Shown piece after piece: positions 53,452-64,000 of a DNA stretch of 64,000 nucleotides. Origin of the DNA: Octopus vulgaris (Eukaryota); the NCBI GenBank assembly GCA_951406725.2, contig OX597822.1, forward strand, positions 3,968,001 to 4,032,000. The letters are read 5' to 3'. Within the stretch, counting starts at the first letter, position 1; each line of letters begins with the position of its first letter. The notes under the pieces were generated by a model, which was given only the letters and a program-made list of their open reading frames with translations, was not told the origin of the DNA and did not search any database. The position numbers and the translations under genes are program-made.

Positions 53452-53617
53452 CTATAAAAATAAGTATAGGGGTCGATTTGTTCGATCAAACCCTTCATGG
53501 CAATGTCGAAGAGTGGCTACAGTTCAATGACTGAACAGTCATTGAACTGTAGCCACTCTTCGACATTGCCATGAAGGGTTTGATCGAACAAATCGACCCC
53601 TATACTTATTTTTATAG
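53452..53617. repeat. Perfect 82 bp-arm palindrome with a 2 nt spacer, derived from a SINE-A tail
   Basis: Arms 53452-53533 and 53536-53617 are exact reverse complements. Confidence 0.97.
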
Positions 53618-53701
53618 AGGCCTGGTATTTATTGTGTATGTATGTATGTATGTATGTACATGTATGTATGTATGTATGTATGTATGTACATGTATGTATG
53701 C

Positions 53702-53857
53702 ATATACGACAGATTTCTTTCTACCACATCTGCTCACAAGGCCTTAGCCAACCCGGGACTATAGTTGAGGATACTTCCTCAAGCAGCCACACAGAGGGCT
53801 AAACCCGAAATGAGATGGTTGGGAAACAAGCTTTACCACACAGTCACGCCTGCGCCC
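53702..53857 (-). mobile_element. SINE family A, 5' half
   Basis: ctcacaaggcctt...cccgggactatag...ttaccacacagtcacgcctgcgcc. Confidence 0.8.
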
Positions 53858-54534
53858 ATATATATAGGTTTTTTTTTTTCGTCTTTAGTCAAAATCTTTC
53901 TAACAGATATTTCTTTATTTTTTCAGTTTTATTTATACAAATATGAAAGAAATGAAAAGGATTTTTGTATGTAAGCACGTTTGATATTTTTCAGATTTTC
54001 AGACGCGCGGTATAAACCACAGTTAAAAAACTTTCGTTTGTATGAAAGGTTTCAAAAGGTGAAGGTAGCCGAAAACGTTTGCACAAAAAATTGTCTTCAT
54101 ATCGTCCACTAGGTCTGTGTTAATCTAGTTTTACTTTTCAATGACGTTTTTAATAAATGCATTTTTAGATCTTTAATAAAGAATTTTTTACGTCAGCAAA
54201 AATCATCGTTCGTCTCTACTTTGAATCAAAATTGCATATTTCGTGATTTGAACTCAGAACATAATGTTAACCTAAAAGTACTGCATGTATCTAGGATGTT
54301 TTTGTATTAGCTTTTTATGCAGAAAAATCTACCTGCGCTCTGCTCCCTTGAGCCTATGGTCTGGTTATTAAAATGATAGTGGAATATTTTAGCAACAGTC
54401 AACAGTATCTCAGATTTCATTTCAAATTTTATAGATTGCTTCTTCATTTGTTTATAATGTAATTCGTTGCAATCATTCAAACTTTAGAATATATTCCTAA
54501 CATTTGAACATAGACTAATTATTTGCTTGCGTAC

Positions 54535-55020
54535 GAAAACGTGTACTTCATTTGCTCTCAGGGAAATTCAACGTGATACAGAATGTGACAAGGCTGGCCG
54601 TTTGAATTACGGGTACAACTCATTTCTGCCAGCTGAGTGGATTGGAGCAACGGTAAGTAAAGTGTATTGCTCAAGGACACAACGCGCCGCTAGGAATCGA
54701 ACTCACGACCTTAAGATCGTGAGCCGAATACCCTAACCACTGGCTCAGTGGTTAGAGCGTCGGTCTCACAGTCATGAAGTAGTGAGTTCGACTCACGGAT
54801 CGGACTGTGCGTTGTGTTCTTGAGCAAAACACTTTATTGTACATTTCTCCAGGTCATTCAGCTGCAAGAATAAGTTGCGACATCACTGGTCACAAGTTGT
54901 ATCGGTCTTTACTATTGCGGTGGATAACATTGGTGGCGTAGAGAATAGAGACTGATGTGATATTGCGACTGCTGGTCCGGGCTAAATTGTTTAGCCAGGA
55001 CTTTCTAGATGCAATCCATA
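54535..55020. mobile_element. Two D-type SINEs joined head-to-head (54535-54742 minus, 54743-55020 plus)
   Basis: Junction ctaaccactg-gct-cagtggttag; bodies match the 30714 and 52733 copies respectively. Confidence 0.85.
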
Positions 55021-56355
55021 AATTTTTTGGATAACTGGTTAATTCAGCGTTTATTTAATTTCTACGGCAATTATGTTATTATGATATTTTTGGGAAAGTT
55101 TCTTTCTTACATAAACTACGTAATTTTTAATTATTAATCTTTGATTTTTAGTAATGATTATCATAAATAATTACGCCGTTGCCTGCCATGAGCCCCATTT
55201 GGGAATCTGCTAAAAGCAGTCTCACTGCCGGTCGTTCGTTGTATCTATGTTTATGTATATTGCATTTGCAGAGGGGTGTTTAACAATATTTAGTAGTTAA
55301 AGTCTGTCATTATTAGCTCTGGCTAATTCTAGAAGACCTGACATAAATCTCAATTTTTGGACTAAAAAATATTGACAGTTTTGAAAGTGCATCTTTTTGG
55401 GGGGCATTTCCCATCTATATTATTCATTGATATCTCATACACATTCGCATTTAATACTGTAGTTTCAAAAAAAAAAATAAATAAAATGTCCACTATTGCA
55501 ATTGAATAGAGAAGGATAAATATGCATTTTTTCAGCGATCTCCATTTGGGACTTTTCGAAAAATTTATCATAATTTCCAAAATTATTCACATATGACGAA
55601 AATCTAAATATTATATATTATTTTAATTCTTAAGACACCTTGCAAAGTCAGAAAATATGAATTTAAAAAATTTGGCAGTTAGCGGGTTAATGCAATCTAA
55701 TTTATAATATTATCTGCTATTTGACTAGGGATGATATAGAATTTGAAATATATTATTTTGCTGTTTACCCAAAGATAAATAGCGCATTGCTATTATGATA
55801 ACATGTACTTTTTAATAATATGAAAGAGTTAAAGGGATATTTCTTATGTTTTAAATTTCTTTTAAAACTTTGTTCTTGGTATTTGAATAATTTAATGCGC
55901 TAAAATATATTTAGATTAAAATACTTAATAATATACAAATATATTTTACGACCGTTATATTAGTTTATTTATTCTTTTATGTTTGTTTTTGTTTTTAATT
56001 ATTGACGCTCACGCTTGTAAACAAATATATTTAAATTCAGTATTTTCTTGGATCTGTGAATCCGCATCTATAAAATATTACACTGAGGACATCCATGCCC
56101 ACAAACAATGGATTTAAAAAATGTTATTATGGGCAAGAATCAAAACATCCGTATGTAATTTATATTTAATATCTATTATTTATTATATTGTGTTGTATTA
56201 TCGTAACAATATAATATACTATAGTATTATGCTAATAAACTTTAAATTTTAATTTTTGAATTGGCAATTGTTATATATTTTCTGTATATAAAGACACAAA
56301 CAAAATAGTTTTAAATCCCTGAACGAGAAATAGGCAGAAACAGCACCGGACAGTG

Positions 56356-56766
56356 AAGTCTATTTGCCAAAACAATGTGACGGCCCTACACAGCACGATG
56401 TTACTACTTTTTAGGCCCAGGAAAACATCTCTTCCAGCTGGTTACCGCCAGATGGTCAGCGTCCGTATACCATGAGCAAGGGAGTTTATTGCTCATTTTC
56501 GAGCGTCAGCGATACCTATAGACCAATGGTTTTTGAGTTATTTCCCTTCGTCGGTACAGGACAATTATCGGTTAGAGATGGCAGCTACTCGACCTTGCTT
56601 ATAGTATATACCATTGAAGCTAGAAAGGGAGCAAAAAGCTTCCTCGCTCACAGCATACGGACAAAGACCATGTGTCGGTAGCCAGCTGGCAAACATGTTT
56701 TTCTGAGGCTAAAAATAGTAACATCGTCCTGTGTAAGACTGCCACATTGTTTTGGCAAATACACTT
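56356..56766. mobile_element. Foldback or MITE-like element with ~170 bp diverged inverted arms
   Basis: tatttgccaaaacaatgtg...cgatgttacta...ccagctggttaccg mirrored by cggtagccagctgg...tagtaacatcg...cacattgttttggcaaata. Confidence 0.85.
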
Positions 56767-56776
56767 TACTACATAC

Positions 56777-56863
<87 letters not shown>

Positions 56864-57194
56864 TATTCTCAGCAAAAACAATTAAGATTCAAGTGAATTT
56901 CAGTGAATTCAAATGAATATGGTACTTAACTTAGATGCACCAGAATTGTTTGTGCATCATTAGAAAGCAATTTGAGTCTGCTTATAATTTGACTAAATTT
57001 CATAGAACTCACTCCTAATACTTCATGAAGATAATCAAACTCTGTAGGATGTCTGGAAAACATATATGTGATTTAGCTGATGAATACTGGACATTTGTAT
57101 TTGCTGCAATATTTGCAGCTTTAATTAAAATTGTTCTTGGTATGAAACAATTGTACTAAACTACTAATCCATTCTTGTTGCTTTTTTCTTGGTT

Positions 57195-57237
57195 ATATAC
57201 ATATATATATGTATATATAAATATATATATATACATA

Positions 57238-57279
<42 letters not shown>

Positions 57280-57292
57280 CATATATATATAT

Positions 57293-57351
<59 letters not shown>

Positions 57352-57442
57352 CATATATATATATACATGCATATATATATACATACATACATATATATCC
57401 ATACATATATATATATATATACATATATACATACATACATAT
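57195..57442. repeat. (TA)n/(TACA)n microsatellite
   Basis: Direct inspection. Confidence 0.95.
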
Positions 57443-57449
57443 GCAGTGA

Positions 57450-57778
57450 AGGTAGATGTCTTAGTGCTCAGAGTATTGCACTCGCGATTGCGAGTTCGTG
57501 AGTTCGATTCCCAGATTGGCCGTTGCATTGTGTTCTTGAGCAAAACACTTCTCTTCACGTTGTTCTGCGGTCATTTCGTTTTCGGACATCTGACACACCA
57601 TGCAAACACGTTGTGCAAAGACGTCGTGCACTTGTCTAGGTAATAATGTCGATTTGATGGAGAGAGTGAGCTTATGTGGACACAAACATTGGACCGCGAT
57701 AAACAAATCATCTGTATAGCTGTTCAATAAGAAATTACAGAACCCTCATACGTCGTCAAACGACAGTAGAATCCCTGA
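57450..57778 (+). mobile_element. SINE with D-like head and a fourth tail type
   Basis: B-box gagttcgattccc, ttgtgttcttgagcaaaacactt; tail shared with 37095. Confidence 0.8.
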
Positions 57779-58114
57779 TATATGCGGTTTCTAAATTATG
57801 TCAGTAGAGTTTGCGCCAGCCAGTCAACACGGGCGGCTTCAATATGATGACTTGACCAATTAAAATTAGCTGCCAAATCTCAGAAATATCATCTTCCAAT
57901 CTTAGAAGAGGGTATCAAAGAAAAGAAAATGAGAGAAAAGATAGAATGATTTTGATCATAGGTTTGCTCGGTCACTCGGTCACTAGGTAAGAGTTGTCCT
58001 GGGTTAACCGATAATAAACTGGGTTAAACGATAATAAACTTCAGCAATATTAGAGACTGTGAGGTCAAGGTGACATCATTTCTTGGAATTGTAATTTGCA
58101 TAATTGTTCATTAC

Positions 58115-58680
58115 AATGTTGGGTGAGAAATCCGACTATTTTCATTTTGAATCCAAATCCCGTCGGGGACAACTTTGTCTTTCATCCTTTCAGAGTCGAT
58201 AAAATCAAATGTAACGACGCCCTAAAATTAATAACCTCGAGTTTAATTTGAAACAAGATCTCATTGTTTTTGTAGTTATTGTTGCGTTGATCTGGCAGAA
58301 TCGTTAGAGCGTCGGACAAAATACTTAGCGAAATATCTTCCGGCACTGTACGTACTGAGTTCAAATTCTGCCGAGGTCGATTTTGTTTTTCATCAATAAA
58401 ATAAGGCCCATCCGACCACTGGGGTCGATGGTATCGACTGACCCCAACAAAGTTTCATGTCTTGTGCCAATAGCAGACACAACTATTATCATCATCATCA
58501 TCATCATCATCATCATTATTATCAGCAGCAGCAAGGTGATGAGCTGGCAGAATCGTAAGCACGCCATTTCATCCGAGTTTAGAAACCGCTGAGGTTCACT
58601 CTATCTTTCATCATTTCGGGGGCGATAAAATAAGTACCATTTGAATTCCCAAAGATTCAAATCTTGTACCTATTGTAGGA
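58115..58680 (+). mobile_element. Three decayed co-oriented family-B SINE units
   Basis: ctggcagaatcgttag...gagttcaaattctgccgaggtcga; gagctggcagaatcgtaagcacgcc. Confidence 0.75.
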
Positions 58681-59149
58681 AGTATTATCGTCATCATTAT
58701 CATTATTATTCCTATGGTTGTTGCCATCATTTCGAATAAGATAAATTCTATTTGCTTTCCAAATTCATTTAACAAAATGAAAAGTCCAGCATACAAACCC
58801 TTTTAGCTATATTTCATCGACCGTATATTTATGGTATGGAGATAGAATATAGAATGTTATATAATAAAGAAAGTAAAAACTAGCAGAAATATTTAAGATA
58901 CAAAAAATATACAAAAATGTACGATTTGTATTTAATTCGTATAGCTAACACAACCGTCGAAATACCGCACATTGTATACATATTAACACACACGTGCACG
59001 CACATACACATACACACACAAACACACACGTATACATATGAAACACAGTGTCACATACATATCTGTATATAAAGATATGCATACATAGAAGTATGCAAGC
59101 ACATGCTTATGCGATATATACATACATGCATACGTACATAATTATGTGC

Positions 59150-59758
59150 GCACATACATATATACATACATATACATATATATATGATACGATATATGAT
59201 ATACATACTTTATAAATATAAATATACATACATATGTACATACATATATACATACATATACATATATATATATGATACGATATATGATATACATACTTTA
59301 TAAATATAAATATACATATATATGTACATATATACATACATACATATACATATATATATGATACGATATATGATATACATACTTTATAAATATAAATATA
59401 CATATATATGTACATACATATATACATATACATATATATATATATGATACGATATATGATATACATACTTTATAAATATAAATATACATATATATGTACA
59501 TACATATATACATACATATACATATATATATATGATACGATATATGATATACATACTTTATAAATATAAATATACATATATATGTACATACATATATACA
59601 TATACATATATATATATATGATACGATATATGATATACATACTTTATAAATATAAATATACATATATATGTACATACATATATACATACATATACATATA
59701 TATATATATGATACGATATATGATATACATACTTTATAAATATAAATATACATATATA

Positions 59759-59770
<12 letters not shown>
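59150..59770. repeat. Minisatellite, 86-90 bp period, 7 units
   Basis: gatacgatatatgatatacatactttataaatataaat starts at 59186, 59274, 59360, 59446, 59534, 59620 and 59710. Confidence 0.95.
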
Positions 59771-59797
<27 letters not shown>

Positions 59798-60155
59798 GCA
59801 TACATATTATTTGTATACTGATCTCTGACTTTACAAATATCTATGTGCATACATACACATATTCACGCACGCGTGTCTACATGAACTTAGTGTTAGACAT
59901 AAAGACAAATAAAGCAGGCTTTCAAATGCTCTAACGTGTACGTAAATGGATACATACATTCACACATCCACGTACGCTTCCACATACATCCTGACGTATA
60001 TTTTACAAAGAGGCACATTTACACACATACATTAATACACGCCCACATCATACTAACAACATACGCAGAGACAGACAGACACACATATATGCACAAAAGC
60101 TAAACACTGATTTGAATAAACATACACGTGCATACATAAATGTATACATACGTAC

Positions 60156-60208
<53 letters not shown>

Positions 60209-60521
60209 AATTTACATAGGAGTAAAACAAGGGTTAAATATTTGTCGATGTTATTTATCGAGACAAACGCCTCTATATCGATTCGTGTCAGAAGAATCCT
60301 AGCAAAAGTTGTTAACCTAATTATTTTGTTACAAAATCCGACGGTAAATAGACTTACTTTTTCCAAAACCGCTATATTAAATTATTACTTTTATCACATA
60401 CAAGCCGGCGGCGGCGACAAAATATTTTGTTTGTCGCTTTACTGAGAATGTGTAAGCTAATGTATGGGTGTTCAGGTTGTCAGTACGAATAAACGCTTCT
60501 GTGAACTGTCTGTCGGTGTGA

Positions 60522-60576
<55 letters not shown>

Positions 60577-60809
60577 TGTGTCTGTGTGTGTGTGTGTGTG
60601 TCTGCATGTGTGAGTGGGGTGTGCTACGTGAAAATGTATTGCTGGCATTCGGTTCAGACCCTCAACAGGCACCACATGTATACGCGTACATAATTATAAA
60701 TGATGTACGTGTGTGTGTGCGCGCGCGTATATGAGTGTACGTATATATACGTACGCGGTTCCACCTACTTTCACACACAAACGCATATGCATATGTGTAT
60801 ATGTGTGTG

Positions 60810-60879
<70 letters not shown>

Positions 60880-61511
60880 TATATTTATAAATATATGTAT
60901 TTATATATGTATATATATTTATATCTGTATATGTGTATATATATAAACATAGATATATATATTTACATGCACACGTATACATACACATATATACGTGTGT
61001 GTATGTGTATGCTTTTATATATGTATGTAAATACACAAACACACACACACACAGGCAAACACACACGCATATGTATATATATACACATATACATATATGT
61101 ATATATATAAATGTATGTATTTATATATGTATATATATTTATATCTGTATGTGTATATGTTTATATATGTATGTATGTATGTATGTTTGTATGTAGGTAT
61201 ATGTAAACATAGATATACATATATACAAGCACCAGTATACATACACATATATACGTGTGTGTGTGAGAGAGAGAGAGAGAGTTTGTATGCATACGTACAC
61301 ACATACATTTATACACACGCGTGCGCGCACGCACACACACACACACATACACATGAATATATGTAAATTTATACACACATACACATATATGTTAAACTAC
61401 GTATATGTTTGTATGTTTGCGTCTGTAATTGTGTCTACGTTTCCGGACGAGTGAAAATTTGCTCACTTTACTTCCTTTTTCATGTCTTTCTTTCTCTCTT
61501 TCTCTCTCTCT

Positions 61512-61572
<61 letters not shown>

Positions 61573-61747
61573 GAAAGCCGTATACAGCAATTCGTAAACT
61601 ATTTGAATTTTCCTTTTAGTGAGAAGACAGAATACATAACAAATAAAACATAAAAACTAACAGTAATTCTTAGCAACTCTGAAGGTGAAGGGGAGATAAT
61701 TTCAAGATTGTGTGTGTGTTTATATGTGTGTTTGTATGTATGTATTT

Positions 61748-62137
61748 AGAGCGCAGGCTTTCGTTTTCCTAAAAAAAAGCTTGTAGGGCAACTATATGGT
61801 TTCGGTTTCAGTCCTACTGAGCGGCACCTTGAACAAGTACCTTCTACTACAACCCCAGTCAGACCACAGCTTAGTGAATGGATTTAGTAGACGACGACAA
61901 GTGAAATATATATATGGGAGTATACTCTTTTACTCTTTTACTTGTTTCAGTCATTTGACTGCGGCCATGCTGGAGCACCGCCTTTAGTCGAGCAACTCAA
62001 CCCCGGGACTTATTCTTTTTGTAAGCCCAGTACTTATTCTATCGGTCTCTTTTTGCCGAACCGCTAAGTGACGGGGACGTAAACACACAAGCATCGGTTG
62101 TCAAGCAATGCTAGGGGGGACAAACACAGACACACAA

Positions 62138-62170
<33 letters not shown>

Positions 62171-62221
62171 CATATATACGACAGGCTTCTTTCAGTTTCC
62201 GTCTACCAAATCCGTCTACCA
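61748..62221. mobile_element. Two convergent family-A SINE pieces (61748-61905 plus, old; 61923-62221 minus, young)
   Basis: The second piece is nearly identical to 9913-10160 and keeps a segment missing from that copy. Confidence 0.85.
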
Positions 62222-62269
62222 AGTATATATATATATTAGCAATAATTATAACGATATGAGACATGGAGA

Positions 62270-62978
62270 CATGTTCATCCTCAAAATTAATTTCCTCTTC
62301 TTTTACATTATATACAGCATATTTTCATGCTCTTCGTGGTCTACATGTGTTTCCACTGCACTGATTACGGGCAGTTGCAGATGCAACCTGACACGACTTT
62401 CGGTGCAGCTTCTTCGCGCGGTTAAACCATTGTTGTATACATCCGAAAAGAAGAACAAGTTAACATCATCGGTAACCACTGAGCCGCAGTTTTATGTCGG
62501 AGTTATCGCAGTAAATGTCTTAAGGCTGTATCATGACATAGAAATAATCGGACTGAATACCCGATCGCGCGGTTAAACCATTGGGAGTGAAGGAGTCCTA
62601 GCCTTTGTTAGCACATCCTTCTAGGAGAAGGTAACTCAGTCACGGACAACTAATAGTAGTCATAGACGTTAAACACTGGTCGAAGTGGTCAACCGTAAGG
62701 TGGAACACAACTGAGAACTACAACAGTATCTGCCCGGATGGTGTATCGCTCCAAACTCACACTTGCCTAGCTCGAAGCGAACAGATTCGCTTCGAAATAG
62801 CCATTTCACTTCTAACTAGCTAAATAGATAGACCCTGAGGAGGCTGCACCGAAAATCGTGCAAGGTTGCCTCTGCAGCTGCCCATAATAAGTGCGGCGGA
62901 AACACGTGTAGATCATAAATTGCATAAAAATATGTTGTATAAAATTGTAAAATAGGAAATGAATTTTAAGAATTCATG
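62270..62978. repeat. ~145 bp inverted arms (62270-62414 / 62837-62978) enclosing fragments copied from 63006-63569
   Basis: Direct inspection; see the corresponding finding. Confidence 0.85.
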
Positions 62979-63129
62979 GAGCAAGACTCCATCGGAGGAA
63001 ATTACAGTCACGGACAACTAATAGTAGTCATAGACGTTAAACACTGGTCGAAGTGGTCAACCGTAAGGTGGAACACAACTGAGAACCACCACAGTATCTT
63101 CCCGGATGGTGTATCGCTCCAACTCATCT

Positions 63130-63650
63130 TATACGGGTGTACTTATGTATCCATGAATACATATGTCAAGTCACTTTTGAGCGCTACTGGTAACATGTAA
63201 CCCAGTACAACCTGTTGCATGGTCGGGTCGTCTGTGACTAAACCGGCAACGCCACCAAGCTTGCTTGGTGAGGAGGGTGTTAATTTGGACACCCTGCGGG
63301 ATGTAAAACAAAACCCGTCAAAGGGTGGAGGAACTCTCGAGAGTCAACGGCCTTCCAATAAATGTCTTAAGACTGTATCTTGCGCGGGGACATAGAAATA
63401 ATCGGACTGAATACCCAATCGCGCGGCTAAACCATTGAGAGTGAAGGACTCCCAGCTTTTGTTAGGGCATCCTTCTAGGAGAAGGTAACTCAGGTAACTG
63501 GGATAACTCCGACATAAAACCCGCGGCTCAGTGGTTAACGATGATGTTGACTTGTTCTTCTTTTCGGATTATGGCTGCTGTTGCTTAGTGAGTGGGATTG
63601 ACTCAGTGCACAGCCTTCCTCGCTTAAAAAAAAATCTTCTTGCACAGGCA
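63130..63650 (+). mobile_element. Probable RTE-clade 5' UTR or RTE-derived non-autonomous element
   Basis: gccaccaagcttgcttggtgaggaggg and ggcatccttctaggagaaggtaactc resemble RTE-type leaders; no ORF follows. Confidence 0.4.
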
Positions 63651-63739
63651 TTGCACGATAACAACATTGATTAAGCTTCGTGCAATGGCCATACTCAATA
63701 ACGAGGGGGCAGCCACCATGAATACATTTATCTATACGC

Positions 63740-63935
63740 GTGTGTTTGAGTTCGTTCCTCCATCATCACTCGATCACTGGATTGGTTGTCTACATCCTTG
63801 TAATTTAGCTGTTTGGCACAAGAGCCCGGTAGAGTAAGTATCAGGCTTTAAATCATAAATACTGGAGTCGATTCATTCGACTAAAATCTTTCAATGCTCC
63901 AAAATCGCCGCACTTCCACACCTGAAACAAGCATA
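63740..63935 (+). mobile_element. SINE family A, decayed 3' half
   Basis: ccttgtaatttagctgtttggca...aatactggagtcgattcattcgactaaaa...ctgaaacaag. Confidence 0.7.
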
Positions 63936-64000
63936 AAATCAAAAATATGTTACAAGATATTTTCCGCATTAAGTGAAACAATAGTCTGAACACGCAAGAG

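Noticed and set aside
55290-55690. Possible piggyBac MITE ending gcgggTTAA
   Set aside because: No matching left TIR identified.
59150-59770. Constant core with variable spacers, superficially CRISPR-like
   Set aside because: The spacers are near-identical TA/CA tracts, the context is eukaryotic, and there are no cas genes.
60351-60520. Possible minus-strand non-coding first exon (GTAAGT donor, CG-rich patch, small hairpin)
   Set aside because: Only generic motifs; no linked downstream exon can be shown.
63250-63630. HDV-like ribozyme expected in an RTE-type 5' UTR
   Set aside because: I could not assemble the nested double pseudoknot by eye; an RNAMotif/Infernal HDV search would decide.

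Overview
AT-rich, microsatellite-saturated animal genomic DNA. The tRNA-derived SINE families and the (TA)n/(CA)n/(TACA)n load point to an octopus-like cephalopod; this is recognition by eye, not a database result. I cannot support any intact host gene, tRNA/rRNA gene or CRISPR array, and most ORFs in the track are translated microsatellites. The window is intergenic or intronic and full of decayed transposons: four SINE families; mariner (DD34D-type) and DD37D (maT) relics; a rearranged Gmr1-like Gypsy element (RT, RNase H, PPT, LTR); CR1/Jockey-like LINE fragments; three non-autonomous Helitrons; MITEs; and Penelope (GIY-YIG) relics. Two less obvious patterns stand out. First, about nine type I hammerhead-ribozyme-like motifs lie in short non-coding elements, mostly beside (TA)n tracts, consistent with Penelope-derived or retrozyme-like elements. 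Second, local inverted duplications and palindromes are very dense. SINE labels A-D are my own, and repeat boundaries are approximate unless a TSD or terminus is quoted.
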